A stretch of 63,697 nt of DNA from Gnetum montanum (GCA_015680685.1 MNCI01000248.1:91283-154979); one strand, 5' to 3'; positions 49,361 to 63,697 are shown, numbered from the stretch's first letter. Program-made: numbers and translations. The notes: generated by a model not told the origin, from the sequence alone.

Positions 49361-51872
49361 ACTATAAGTTCTAGGTTTTGATGTGAGTTTTGCCATTTCT
49401 TGATATCTAGTTTCAATGCCAACACCTAGCTTTCCACTTTGGACATAAGATTTCATGGCACGTGTGGATGGTTGGAAGGTGTGTTTTGGTAGTATTTATG
49501 GTTTGGAATCCATTTCAAGGTTTTTGGATGCTTCAACACTAGTGTCGTCACCATGGAAAAGCTGAAATCCCAAGTGTTTTAAGATTTTCATGGCTCATTG
49601 TAGAGGTGCCTAGTGGGCCCCATCCTAATTTTGAATTTTTAAATGAATTGATTTTTCATTCACATAGCATAGTCCCACCTTCTAATTGTTATCATGAAGT
49701 TAAGTGAGACTTGGATAAGTGTTTGGAAAACTAGGGTTTTGTTAGTAGGCACATAAGTTTAGGATTAATTTCCAAATTACACTCTTACATAAATCATAAT
49801 TTCCTCATCACTCATAACCTAAAATGCCTAGCATCAAACCTATGATTCTATTCTTACCTCCACCACACCTATTTCTAGTGTAGTATAGCCTTTCTACCCC
49901 ACAAAGTAGGTGCAACTACTATAGGAGGCTCTAGAACTATGAAGGTTTTGTCAGTGTTGGTGCTACTTGTACAATATGTAAAAGAGGAGGGCTGCAACAA
50001 GAAAACATCTATCCTTGAAAGAGGCTAATGATACTACTAAAGGCCTTTCCAACCTACCATGACCATTGATTGGTGAGAGTTTTTTTTCCATCACTCCTAG
50101 GTACAAAATTCCTAACCATTTTGTAAGACATTATAGTAAACACTTGGGCATTTTTGTTTACGTAGGCTTCGATATTTGTTAAAATTGAATTTTATAAAAT
50201 TAATACATTAGATTTGGGTTATGTTCATGGGTTTCTAGTGTTTCTCTAGCTATGTCATTGGTGTATATTGAATCAAAAATCTATTTTAGTCTTTCCTATG
50301 TGTTTTTTCTATAGTTTTGTGCCAAAGAGCAACACCACTTTTGTATTTTATTTTTATTTTTTTTGTATGTGAATGGTTAGGATTTTTCAAAACTTTTTGT
50401 GGACATGACATTGTAGTACTATGTTTCATGGTCAAACTAATTTTTGAACAATTGGATTCTATCTTATGGTAAATTCTCTATGAATTTTTCTGTAAGCCAG
50501 TGTATTGTGGGTTTTCAATTTTTGATCATTTTTCATGTCACTTTGGTATCTTGTCATGACAAAAGGGTTAATAGTTTTTTGGTTTTCAGGTTTTGGATTT
50601 TTATTTTATCATTTAAAGTTTCAAATGGCTAATAAGTCATCGAATTTGGATATATGGTTAATTTTTGATAAACTTTTTCTTAGATTAATGTATGCTAAAA
50701 TTCTTGGTTTTATGTCCTTATCCCTGTGAAGATGGGCAACCTTGACACTTTGGAAAATTAGTGTCCCAAGTTCTTGGGAATCCTTTGAGGTGTTAAGAAG
50801 GATTTAGAATTTGATTTTAGCAATTTTAAAAAAAAATCATTTTTTTTTTACCAATGGATGACTATAGTTGTTTTCTTCAATTTTGTGCTTTTATGTAACT
50901 TTTGTGAAATTTTTCCCAAGCTTTGAAATGTAGCACAGATGTTAAATTCCATTGAATTTCATGCATATTCAGTTCCTAGACTTAGTGAAAATTTTTTAGT
51001 CCTAATTTTTCATTTTCATTTCAACATAGACAATCTTGTATAGTTGGAGTGTTAGTTTTGAAAATTGCAAATCTCTATGTCTATACACGTAGCGTTGGTA
51101 TTACTTTTGTATTTTTATAGTGGTGTTGAAAGGTTTTTAAGTTAATTTTTATGTTGGATTTTAATTTTCAAAAAAAATTTGAATTCTTTTAAAATTTATA
51201 ACTAGCTATCCTAGAGTTTTTACTATGGCTAATTTCATCATTAACTACTATTTCTAATAAAATTCTATAATATTCAAAATGGTTAAACCTATGTTATTGT
51301 GGTATAGGTACCAAGTAACACTAGTGGTCCCAGTGGTAAAGAAGAAAGTGCTCCTCAACCCCTCTAGTAGCCCCTTAGCACCATCATTTGGTCATTATCT
51401 TTGGTTATCTATAGTNNNNNNNNNNNNNNNNNNNNNNNNNNNNNNNNNNNNNNNNNNNNNNNNNNNNNNNNNNNNNNNNNNNNNNNNNNNNNNNNNNNNN
51501 NNNNNNNNNNNNNNNNNNNNNNNNNNNNNNNNNNNNNNNNNNNNNNNNNNNNNNNNNNNNNNNNNNNNNNNNNNNNNNNNNNNNNNNNNNNNNNNNNNNN
51601 NNNNNNNNNNNNNNNNNNNNNNNNNNNNNNNNNNNNNNNNNNNNNNNNNNNNNNNNNNNNNNNNNNNNNNNNNNNNNNNNNNNNNNNNNNNNNNNNNNNN
51701 NNNNNNNNNNNNNNNNNNNNNNNNNNNNNNNNNNNNNNNNNNNNNNNNNNNNNNNNNNNNNNNNNNNNNNNNNNNNNNNNNNNNNNNNNNNNNNNNNNNN
51801 NNNNNNNNNNNNNNNNNNNNNNNNNNNNNNNNNNNNNNNNNNNNNNNNNNNNNNNNNNNNNNNNNNNNNNNN

Positions 51873-54800
51873 CTTTGATTGATCAAGGAGTCCCTTTGGC
51901 ATGATCTTGTACTCACCATCTCTCTTTTTCAACATGGAAAGCTGCATGCATTTTTGTTGATTAGCCCATGTCATAGAGTTGATATTGCTAACATTGTCAT
52001 TATCTTTGTTGTCAGTGGCCCCAATCTAAGTATCAAGAGTTTCCTCTTGAAACTCCACCTCTAAACCTCAGTCAATGTTAACATACTTAAACAAAGGTAG
52101 TGACACGTTCTCTTGATGAATGATAATTTTCCCTCCCTCATATGGAAAGTGAATCTCTTGATGTATAGGAAACAAGACTACATGTAACTTAGCTAACCAT
52201 GGCCTTCCTAAGATCAAGTTGAAGCTAGGTGTTTTAACAACCACTAGAAAGTTTTCAAATGTAGGGAATTGCTCATCAACCATGAAATCCAAGGAGATGG
52301 AACCTCACACTGCTACTCATGATCCATTAAATGACTTGAGTGCTATGGTTATGGTTTCTTGGATGTTCTTGATTAAGCCTAATTTGTGAACAATAGAAAA
52401 TGATACCACATTGGTTGCTACCCCATCATCCACATGAACAAAATGAACCTTGTATTTTTCAACACCTATAGTAATGTGGAGAGGAGTGAATAGCACTTCT
52501 CCATTTTGAGAGTTAGTCTTCACTTAACTATCAAAAACGTTAAGCATGGGTTGATGCCCATTTTTCCTAAATTAAGTTTTCTCAATGATAGACTAGATTG
52601 ATTCTTTGTTGGCCAACATATCTTTGCTCATAGCAATATAGGTTAGCACCTTGGCTAGTGCATTTCTATGAGAAAAAGAATTCATGACTAGGTCATACAA
52701 ATTTGGTAATGTGTTCTTTTATTTTAATGACCATTTGGCCTACTCCATTGTTCTGAGGAAACTCTTTCCCTTGGCATGTGATGCTTCAAACTTAGTGGTT
52801 CTAACCTTTCCCATCCTTCCTAGAGTTTGTGGCTTGGGTTTCTATGCATGCCTTGGGCCCTTATCCATGGGTGTAGTTGGTCTCAATGTAGCTTTTTTTG
52901 AAGTCTTTTGTTGTTGACAATTTTTAGTGGAATTTATTGTTGGTTTGATAACAAGTTGTTTTCATCACCATTGTGATGATGATTTCATACTACGAATTGA
53001 GTTGTAAGCCACTATAAGTGGGCTTTGATCACAGGCTATCATGATTTCACTTGTTGAAGGTGGAGTGACCTAGATAACAAATGGTACCTTAGGCTTTGGA
53101 GGATTAGTAACTTATGGTTTGGGTTGTGAAGTTGATGCCATTGAATATGGGACATGTATGATGAAAGGCCTCTTAGGAAATGGAGGAGGTAGTATCCATA
53201 TGATGAAGAGCTCTCTAAGTATTGTGTTTTGGAACCATTGTGAAACTTTAATGATAAATAGTTTCCTAGAAGGATTAGATCATTTAGTTTCTTTGAATGA
53301 GGCTACAATGTAAGACTTATTATTGGTTCTTAAAGAGTTGGGCTCATTAAAAATCAATTTTTCATAATCTATCATCTTCTAGAGGATATCTTTTAATGCT
53401 AGAAAAAAATTAGTTTCATGACTAGCAATTTGATGATAATGGAAATACCTATCCAATCCATTGTACTTTAATGGCTTTGGATCATCTTTAGTAGCTATTA
53501 TTGGATCTCTAGATATTTCACAAATACGATCATGCCTCTTACAAGTCTCCTTAGATAGTTTCTTATGTTGTATATAGTTTTTTTAAGAAACTCTTCTAAG
53601 ACCTCAAAATGCTTCATGGGTAACCTTGTATACTTAGATATATCCTTCCACCCAAAGTTTGGTCTTGGTTGATTTGGAGCATAGGAAGTGAATAGTTTTG
53701 ATGAGTTGAAAGATGTGTTGCTTGGTGATGATCCATTTCTCTCTACTTTTTTTTGACTCTTTTGCTACTATGGCCATAGTTGTATGTTCTTTCTTGGTTT
53801 TATTGTTAGCCCTCTTTGCATGTTAGGTTTTATAGGTCACATAGGCTAGGTCATGACTAGCCTAAATGGCATCCTCTATGTTCTTGATTTGAGAAAATGC
53901 TTGACTTCATGATCATAGGTCTAAGTATTAAAATTTTTACTTAATGAAGTTTCAACTACCCCCTTGAATATGGTGAGAAGATGAGTCTCACATATTGGTT
54001 ATGGAATCTCATTTAGAAGAGCATTCCATCATTTTACAAACTTTTGTATGGGCTTAAGGGGTCCCTACTTGACCTTCACTAATTAGTCAAGAGTCATGTT
54101 GGGCTTTAAGTTATACTTGAAATGGTTAATGAATTATGACATTAAGTCTTCTAGTAAGGATATAAATCCTCTTGGTAATGTGCAGTACCAGTCCAAGGCT
54201 TTTCTAGTAAGGGGCATAGTGAAAATCCACATTATGGTATGTATCCAAGATTACAGTAATAAAAACTTAGAATAGAAGGTTATAAGGTGGGCATTAGGAT
54301 CACCCTCATCATTGTAGTTAGTAAATTGAGGAATGGAGATGTTGGGAGGAAGATTTATTTTTAGGACTGCAGGATTGGTTGGATCATCTTGATAGAAGTC
54401 CATTATTTTTATTGTTTGGGTTGTTGAAGCCTTGAGCTTCCATAACTCTTCTGACAAGTCTTGAATCATCTAGAATTCTTGATCCAGTCCTTGGGGCATT
54501 CTCTTAGGTTGCAATGTTTGTACAAATAGTTAAAGTATTATTTGATAGGCCTATGACCTCACAATGGATTGTGGTATAGAGGGGGGAGGCTACGTTATAG
54601 TGGTCATGGGTGGGCTAAACAATGAAAAGGATGTTTATGCTAGCACTTGAGGCACAAAAGGAAAAAACTATGTATGGCATCCCTTGGATAATGTGTGGTC
54701 CTATTATGAGGCCCACTAGTATAGAGAAGGGATGAAAGGTGGTGAAAACCACTAATGAGAATCATGTAGACCAAGGCTATGGCAAAAGACATGGAAGAAA

Positions 54801-55060
54801 AGAGGGAACTTGTTTGAGGCATAGGTTATGCCTGGTTCATTGCTATGATTAGTGTAGGCCCAAACATCATGGGATATATGGGAGATGATGGTTGAGATGC
54901 CTACCTCATGGAAGAGACAAGAAAGGCTAAGGTGGCTATAGTAGTTTGAAGGGCCAATTATTGAAAAAGGCTCCCCATAAAATTGTCTAGCGTAGGCTCT
55001 ACCTCGAACTCATCATGCTCTTCATGCTGGTCCTTAGAAATAAGCTTCTCATTCTATTCA
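51873..55060 (-). pseudogene. gag-protease of X
   Basis: INLPPNISIPQFTNYNDEGDPNAHL; VHVDDGVATNVV; SFNLILGRPWLAKLHVV. Collinear with Y gag-PR. Confidence 0.88.
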
Positions 55061-57462
55061 TCCATCTTAATTAATTGAAAGAGTATGCATTCATGAGTGG
55101 TGTTTTATCATAGGACGAGGGCACATACACTTTTCTATTGCAGTGAATCAACTCATATTCACACTTGGATTTAGCCTCTACATGTAGAATGAATAATCCA
55201 ACTTGCATCTTAGCATAAATATAGTGTTCATGACTATTTGGGACCAAACTGCAAATGTGTGTCTTTAGGCTCATGACTTTAGGATCATGGGAAACAAAGA
55301 TATTTCTTAAAACTTGGATTCAGGTGCTTGCTAGTATTCTAAAAGAACCAAGGCACATATACCTCGAAATAAACTCAATGGTTATGAAACAAAATAAATG
55401 TGAGTATGTGTTTAATATTGTAAATGTTGAAATGCTTTGGTTTATGTATAAAACCGTAACTGGCTATCATAAAAGAAATTCAGTCATCTTTTCCAAATAC
55501 CATAAGTTATTAAGGATTTCTATTTTTTCAAATTACTTAGTCTATATAGTTCCTATAGTATGCTATTTGAAACAAAAAATTTCACAAAAATGCTTCAACA
55601 GAATTCTATCAATCCACTCCTAATTTTCCCCAGAAAGAAAATTTCAGATGAAAACTAGAAATAGAGTGAGATTCAAAGGTTTTAGAAAAAGAAAAGAAAA
55701 TAAATCATATTTGTGTGAATCCCAAACATGTAGACAAGATAAATGGAACATGATGAAAATCTTTGCAATAAAGATATTCAAATTCAATCTATGTATAACA
55801 AATTATCCAAACCCTCTGAGCTCAACAAGTAATTTTGTAAAAGACAATCTTATTACACTACCAAAATTCTTTATCAACAACAAGTACAAGCTTTTGTTTG
55901 AATAGTTAATAGTTTTCAAGAATTCCAAACACTAGAACTAGCAAAAAATTTTGACAATTTCAAGATTGAAATTCTAAGGTAATAAACTTTTAAAAAATGA
56001 AACTATTTCAACTAAGTCAAAGTATCAAAGATTTTCTAGATCCTCTAAACTCAAATAGGGAATTTAATAAAGAAATCACTATTAAATTGCTCAAGAGGAT
56101 TTTTATAAACAACATAAGCTCTTATATGGCAAACATAATAGAAGTCTAATATTGAGCAAAAATAGAGCTATAAGAGAAACCAAAAAATTCCAAAATTAAA
56201 TGGCAAAAACAATACTATCTAAACCATTAGCTAAGCAACTCAAACAAAATGGAAAGAAAAGAACTCATAGGATTAAAAAAAAAAAGCTACTATACTGATC
56301 CCTTTAGTAAGCCATCCTTACAACTTCAATATTTCTTCATGATCTTTTCCCTAGAATTCCTCCATTTTTTCATTCTACCCTTGAAGCATTTTATAGTGAC
56401 TTCCAAGTAGTTACAAACACCATGAAAAATTAAGGTGGGTTGCAAACATTAAGGGGGTTAGTTATAATCACCATGGAGTTAAAGGATATAGTTGACAAGT
56501 GTCTAGTAGCTACAATCACCATGGTAGTTAATCCTAATCACCATAATTGACAAGTGTTCAATTCACATGGGACTTTGAGTAGATGTCCCATAAATTCCCT
56601 TTCTTTTTGAATAATAACCTTTTTTTAAAATCAAAGCATGAATATAATATTTGTGAAATGAAAAATTTTGAAGCCAAGATTCCCTTGAAAATTTAAATCA
56701 AAATAAGCATCATGCTATTATATTTTGCTAAAGGAATATCTCATAAAAGGTAACCAACTCTTCCAAGGAGTCAATATCATCCTTGAAATTGCACCAGTAT
56801 AAAATATTTTTCTTGAACATAAGGCTTGGATATTGAAAATGGTATACCATCCATGCAGAGTACATGAAGAAAACAAGCAAAGCTCCCTAATTAATAGAAC
56901 ACTTCATCAGACATGCACCTACACCTATAGCGGCATTGGTAATTAGCTAAGCCTGAGCCTGAGCCTAAGACTCTATTTTATAGCCTTCTTAGTGGAAAAA
57001 AAGAATTTGGAAACATAATTTGGTTCCCTACTCCCACCTTGGTTTTTCTAACTTCTATAGCTATGTCAATGTTATTGTTGTTGTTGTTAAATGCATCACT
57101 ATTCCTACTTCCATGGCCTCTTCCATTTGAACATCCTCTCTATGATCTTTCATTCTACACATAATGTTGTTGATATCTTTTTCCATAGTCATGGTAGTAA
57201 AATTTAGGATCCAAATCTACTTGTTGATGACTTTGATGTGCATGATGCTCTTTGAGGTGTGACTAAGGATTAAACTCATCCTCTGGAGACTTTTGATCCA
57301 ACACAGGGTCATAATCTAGCTTAATTTATTTCGCATCATTTATATTAATTGTATCTTCTTTTGATTCACTATTTTCCAATAACCTTAAGTTGCATATTTG
57401 TTTCTAAATTTTCCATCATACNNNNNNNNNNNNNNNNNNNNNNNNNNNNNNNNNNNNNNNNN

Positions 57463-57506
<44 letters not shown>
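57463..57506. repeat. (CT)n microsatellite next to an N gap
   Basis: Directly visible. Confidence 0.95.
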
Positions 57507-57510
<4 letters not shown>

Positions 57511-58524
57511 TTAATACAAAATAGATGATAAACAAAATCCCCTTTCAATCATAAGGCTACTCCATTGAATGGCCTAAATGTACCAACATATAGTTAGTGT
57601 TCTTCATTGAGTATAGTGAAATCTAGGCTTTGCCCGCTTTGTCTAAGTGACTATCTACACTCAGCCATAGTAGGGTCTGTTAGATCATATATACTCACTT
57701 CATCCTAACTTGATGCCATGTTTATCATGTCAATGGGTAAAACTATTGACTTACTAAAAGGCATTATCAAGGATGTTGATTTGACTTTTTTTTAGTAAAA
57801 ATTTTAGCAAGTAGGGTTGCCCAATGGTATAGTTGGTTATAAATGAAAAACATGTTATAAATTGCTACTACAATGTAAATGGCATACATTGCACTTAGAA
57901 AAATAGTATTATGGTTTTAAGTTGGTACCACCAACTATGTTGGTTTCATTAGCAAGATCTATGCTGGGGAGTGTGCAATAGATCACAGTATTTCCTAGCC
58001 CATTACACTAAGGTAGAAGGTGGAAAATCATTTTCACTTGGTAAAACCAAGCTAGGATTTTATTCCTCCAAATGAAGTGCACTAGATTTTGGATTTCAAT
58101 GTGGATTTTGGTGTTCCCAATGACTATGCTAGAGGCTTGGAAATAACTATGCAAGGTTTTTTACAAAATTTTACAACAGATGGATTTGGGTGTTTGAGCG
58201 AAGGCTACGTTGGGTTTTTAGGATATCCCAGATGTGGGTTTTGCAGTTTCAAATGGTTACTACATTGAACTTAGAAAGTCCAGCAACTATTATAAAAATG
58301 ATGTAAAAATCCAAATCACCCATGAAAACTATGTTGGGTATTTAGTTGTGGGAATTTGAATACCACCATTGGTTTTATGGGTAGATGCTTGCAAATATTA
58401 GATTTCAAAGCATAGAAGACTTCATTTTGGAAAATGTTTGAACAAAGGTCTCTAGAAAATGTTTTGGAAAATGGATTTGCACTAAGAATTTGGGTGGAGT
58501 TCATGCCTTCCTAGAGCTAAAAAC

Positions 58525-59832
58525 TATAGTGCTAGGAAAATTTGGTTGCTAGAAGCACTTAAAGTCCTAGAAAAAATAGCCTAACCTTGGATCCAAATGG
58601 CCTCCAAGAAATAAGATTCAAGGTACCCTAGATGGTTTGGTTGATCACCTAAGGACTTAGAGAATGTAAAAAAAGAAACTAACATTACATATTCGATAAA
58701 AAATAAACACAAAATTAAACTTAGAATAAAATCTACACTACAAATGAATTAACAAAATTTATTAAAATAGTAAAAATGCATAGAGTTCAAAGAGTACAAA
58801 TTACATGCTTAAATGTATAAGAAACATGTTTGGATAGACCTTGAAGCATGTTGGAGCTAGTAGGTTGTATTTTGTAGTTGAACCACATGATCCAAGTACT
58901 TCCCAACCCCAATCATCAAAAGACTCTTGTTGTTTTTTGCTAAATCTACAAATTTTGGATAAACATGATGTAAACAATGGTATTTGACTTTGGTAGCAAT
59001 GGAAGTATGTTGAGAGTTTCTATTGCTCAAGTAGATACCAATTACTTCAAAAGTCTTGTAAAATGCTGACATGGGTTTTAGGTGCTCAAGGTTTCTATAG
59101 TGGTATGGGTTGCAATAATTTTCAAAATGCAAAAATATTTTAGGACCTGAATAATGTGTTTGAGTTTGGCTTTTATAGGCTTAAAAGTTTTTGATTTCAT
59201 GATACACATTTTTCTCATGATTTCTGATAAATTAACATTGATTACAAGTATAGTAGATTGTTATTCAAATGTGGTTGACCATTTGTAGTAAGTTTTGATA
59301 CACCAAAGTCCCAAAAGTCATCTTCATACTAAAAATAGTAAATGGACATTTGTGACTATGCTAGCTTCACCTCAACTATGCAAATCATGTAAATACTATT
59401 GAAAATTGTTGTGACTACACTAGTCATTGTTGGAAAAATGTAAAACCCAACTCCAGTGTTGACCTTCCAACATCCATGTTGGGTTTTGTGGCAACTATAG
59501 TAGGAGTTTCTGAAAAATGAAAATCCAACACGACCAACATTGGATGTAGGTGGTTCTAGCATAGTTGAGGCTATACCATCACAAACAATAATGAAAATTC
59601 CAAACTTGGCAATCCTTAGGCATTTTTAGCCTTTCCAAGCCAAAATATAGACATGACATTACTTTTTTCACTTGAGAAGTGAGGCACTAGCAACTTATAA
59701 GGGATGTTTCAACCCCAAAAAGCTAAAGTAAGAAAGGTTGTAGCTCATGGGCCACAAATCTCACATTTATAATAAAATAATTGGATGGTGAAACTTACAA
59801 ATTGCAACATTAATTTTCTTAGTGGTTTTCCA
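58525..59832 (-). repeat. 5' LTR of X
   Basis: Matches 22808-24127. Preceded by a degenerate PBS with spacer AAAAC, as in Y. Confidence 0.88.
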
Positions 59833-62110
59833 CTTAGTCATATCATGAACTAATAAGAATAAATCTAAGGATATGCCAACATAAGATCTACATAGATCTC
59901 TCCATCAACCAAGAAGGAAACCATAGAGAAGCTTGAATCCTAAGCTTAAGAAAGTTTTGAAACATAAAATTTAACAAGTTCTCAAGAGATTCATTTATCC
60001 TATTGCAGATAGTGAGTGGATCAACCCACTCATCATTGTATCCAAGAAAGGCATAAAATGGAAGACCTACATAGACTACAAGTTGTTGAATATGAAAACC
60101 TTCAAGGATTATTTTTCATTACCATTTGTGAACCAAGTATTTGATACTATTGTAGGGCATGGATACTATAGCTTTTTGAATGGTTATAGTGACTATAACC
60201 AAATCCAAATAGCTCCAAAATATTAGGCCAATACAACCTTCATAAGTTCATTAGTGACTTTTGCATACAAAATGATGCGCTTTGGCCTTTGCAAAGTTTC
60301 CTACTCCTTTTTAATATCTAGCGCTCAGGATATTTTAATAGCAAATAAATAATGATTTAGAAGTATTCATGGGTGATTACTTTACCTATGGTATCATCTT
60401 TGAGCAAGTCTTAGACCATCTTGAGCAAGTGCTGAAACATTGCATGGAGACCAACATGCAGCTCAATTAGTAGAAGGGCCATCTAATGGTCCAAGATGGC
60501 ATAGTCTTAGAACACTAGATTTTAGAGAATGTAATCAAGATGGACCTAAAGAAAGTATGAATCGTCCAAGAAATCATGAGACAACCTAAAATAATATAAT
60601 ATGTGAAGCCATTCATTGGACACATTGGTTACTTTCAATGGTTCATTGAAAACTTCTCCAAGACCATAAAGCTACTAGTGGAGTAAACCAAGAAGCATGC
60701 ACTCTTTGAATAGATTAAGAAATGTGTTCATGCATTCCATAAATTAAAGTAAAAGCTCTATACTAGTCCATACTATTTGACATTAGGACAAATACATCTA
60801 ATTATGCATTGGGAGCAATGCTCACATAATTAGATGATCAAAAACATCCATACCATATCCATTGTTCAAGAAAATGCATTTTTGATGCACAAAAAAATTA
60901 TACCATCATTGATAAGGAGCTCATTGTGGTTTTGTACTCCTTGTTAAAATTCATGTACTATGTGCTTGAATACAAAATCTTTGTGTACACTAATCATAGT
61001 GCTATTTGGTTCTTGATGTACAAGCTAGCGATGAGTCATTGTATCATACAATGGCTAGTAATTTTATAGTTTGATCTTACGATGATGGATAGGAAGGAAA
61101 CTAAGAAGGTGGTTGTCAATCACTTGTCTCAATTGTGATGGGATGATAAAGAGGATGAGGAAGCTTTATTTAATTAATTTTTAGATGAACTTCTCTTTGT
61201 TAAATTCCTTGATGTTTAGACTTCCAAGGGCATCAACTGGTATAATGATTTTCTCTCCTATATTTTTACTTCAGAGACTTTATAAAAATGAAATAGGAAG
61301 AAAAAATAAAAGTTTCTTCACCAAGCCAAACACTACATGGACATCCAAGGTAACCTTTATATGGACATCCAAGGTAACCTTTATAAGATTTGTACCAATG
61401 GCTTGGTGTGATGATGTGTACCTAATGTTAATAAACTATGGGTCCTCTAGGATGCTCATGAAGGTTCTTGTAGGGGTCATTATGTAGACAAGAGAATAAC
61501 CATGAATACCCTCATGGTAGGGTACTTCTAGTTGATAATTTTTAGGAATTCCCACCATTTCCTGTAACAAAACGTGTCCTATTCCTATAAACACTATAGA
61601 GATGGAGGAATGATGATTCCAATGGAAGGACCTTAGTAGTAAATCTAATCACTAGAACCCTTTAACATCTAATTCATTAACTTCATGAAATCCATCACTT
61701 CCATGTTTAATGGGAAGGCATACATCATTGTAACTATTGACTACTACACTAAATCAGATAAAGTTTCAACTATCATTGATTATTCATGTTCCACTGCAAC
61801 ATGATTTGTCCAAAAAAATGCGATAAATAGGTTTGATGTTCTAAGCACTTATTTCTAATAATGAAACTCATTTTATAGGAACTATTTTTCAGAAGTTGAT
61901 GTAACTTTCAAGGTGTAACATAAATTCACAACTTCCTATCAACCCCAAGATAACAGTTAAGACAAAGTTACTAATAGGGAAATAACCCAACTACTAATAA
62001 GGACTAAAGCATAAAATTCAATAATTCCCCATGGACTTATTGATCCACATGAAAACTTCATATAGGATACTCTCCTTATGAGTTAGTGTACATGAAGTTA
62101 CATAAACTTC
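59833..62110 (+). pseudogene. Heavily decayed Athila-type RT-RNaseH-integrase of element C
   Basis: ICQHKIYID...FIYPIADSEWINP...KDYFSLPFVNQV...YSFLNGYSDYNQIQIAP; RNaseH NTSNYALGAML...NYTIIDKEL...VYTNHSAI; integrase AHEGSCRGHY...TIDYYTK...TTSYQPQDN. Confidence 0.85.
61337..61384 (+). repeat. Perfect 24-bp tandem duplication
   Basis: ATGGACATCCAAGGTAACCTTTAT occurs twice in a row. Confidence 0.9.
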
Positions 62111-63697
62111 CAAAGGCCAAGAGCCAATAATGAAGGGAATGGTTTATAGGGTTGTTGAATCTCTAAATGCTCCTACAGAATTAGTACCTAACATTGCCAC
62201 AATGATAAACATCTATGCATCTGCATGAGAAGGGAGTAGTCAAATGAGCATTTCCAAACATGAGGTAATAGAAAGATTTCTTGGAACTAGGCAACTACTT
62301 CTGAAGATCTTTGATCTACTAAATAAGATCACTATGAACCAATTGTAGTTTCTCCAGATAAGGGAAATCTATTAATTACCAATGCATAACTTGAGGAGGA
62401 CACCACCACCAATCAATGGTTGGACACTTTTCATGTCTTTCTTTTCAACCATACATTTTTCATGTCCGAGCTTACCAAGGATGAATATTTTTGATAGCTT
62501 CAACTAAAACTTCAATAGGTTGAGAATGCAAAGGAGGCCATAATCTTCTATGCATCCTTGTGAAAACTTATGGCTTTTAACACTAACAAGGACCTGTCAT
62601 AGATTTGAAAAGAAAACTTGGTCCTCGCTAAGAATAATCACCACCTATGCAATGTTGAGTAATAAAAGAACTAATTGTTTGAATTGATATGCCAATAGTA
62701 GGGGTAGTTCATGAAGGTAAACCTAGATCTAAGAAGGTTGGCAAAGGATAGTCAAACTCTTGATGGAGAAAGTTTATGCTCTTTACTAGAAGATCATCAT
62801 TGAGTTAGCTACCTATAAAAATCAAGCCCTAAAGTTTGAGCATCTAAAAAATCACTACATTGACTAGATTAGGCTCTTCAAGAAAGTTAATGAGAAGGAA
62901 ATTTAGTCAAGGAAGGTAAAAATGAATAAGGCCCTCTAGCAAATCCAGCAAAGAGATGGTGTATGATAGCCCATCTTTGATGGACTAAATACATTCAACA
63001 AGATTAAAATCAGCCTGAAGAAGTTATTGATTAAAAATATGATGGAGTACATGGAGCTCACCAACCTCCATTTTGCAAACTTGGTGATGTTAACTATAGA
63101 AAGGCCAAGGTCAAAAGTTAAAAAGCACATGGTCAATTCATACCTCCTCTACAAGGAAGAATTCAAGCTCCACAATGAGAAAAAATAGAAGTTGGAGATA
63201 GCCAACACAAAGCATTAAGTTTTTAGGATCATATTTACTAACCAACGATCTGTTGCTGAGAACCTAACCAAGAGAATGAACGATTCCTAAGAGCTGTAAA
63301 ACCTTGTAAGGATGTTCAATATAGAACATAAAATCTTCATAGCTTAGTTTATCAAGATGAAGAATTTATTTTCTTCAATGTCACACCCATGGAATACCCC
63401 TACACTAGGCCACATCAATGAAGTTGCATGGACCATGTATGACTCATGGAGAAAAGTGGAAAAGATCAAAGTACTTCTAGATGCTTTCAAGCTTCCACTA
63501 GAAGTAGCAGAAGAAGTGGGCCAACCTTAACCACTAGGAACATCAAGACAAGATGAGGAATCATCAAATCCATAGGAGGCTTCACCTCTAGCTACTATTT
63601 GAAACTTCATCATGTCTTCAAAAATCCTACAAGTGCATGCTATGATTTTTTATAAAATGTTCAATTTTATTGTAATTGGTGCCAATTTTTGTAATAA

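Larger units (their letters stand above)
22808..59832 (-). mobile_element. Tat/Ogre-like gypsy element X (about 16 kb net of nested Y; RT-RNaseH-integrase not seen)
   Basis: LTRs at 22808-24127 and 58525-59832, degenerate Asn-type PBS near 58505-58519, PPT-like site 24128-24140, gag-protease. Flanks CCTAC/CTTAG are a degenerate TSD and rejoin the reading frame of element C. Confidence 0.82.

Noticed and set aside
1-63697. Species assignment
   Set aside because: Element types indicate a land plant, but nothing in the window identifies the taxon reliably.

Overview
AT-rich, strongly CpG-depleted plant nuclear repeat DNA, with several N gaps. I see no host protein-coding gene, rRNA, tRNA gene or CRISPR array. 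The window is a nested stack of retroelements. (1) 1-8975: two minus-strand Athila-like (tRNA-Asp PBS) units in tandem that share one LTR; the complete unit encodes gag-protease only. (2) 8976-10894: a decayed endogenous caulimovirid RT-RNaseH plus a downstream ORF, cut off by the LTR of (1). (3) About 12420-17899: a gag-only SIRE/Copia-like element. (4) 17962-20406: a GC/CpG-rich island holding an L1-LINE 3' fragment and a second decayed ORF, bracketed by a 112-bp duplication. (5) An old plus-strand Athila-like element C that starts at 20599, is split at 22807 and resumes at 59833. (6) The split is caused by a 37-kb block: Tat/Ogre-like element X (22808-59832), which itself contains (7) related element Y (24777-45857, TSD ATTAG). 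The most notable observation concerns X and Y. Both place a multi-kb region between protease and RT. This region ends in a conserved splice-acceptor-like site and contains an apparently spliced antisense gene plus about 180-190-bp arrays of element-specific CpG-centred motifs that also cluster in each element's own LTR. All coordinates, periods and translations outside the supplied ORF track were read by eye and are approximate.
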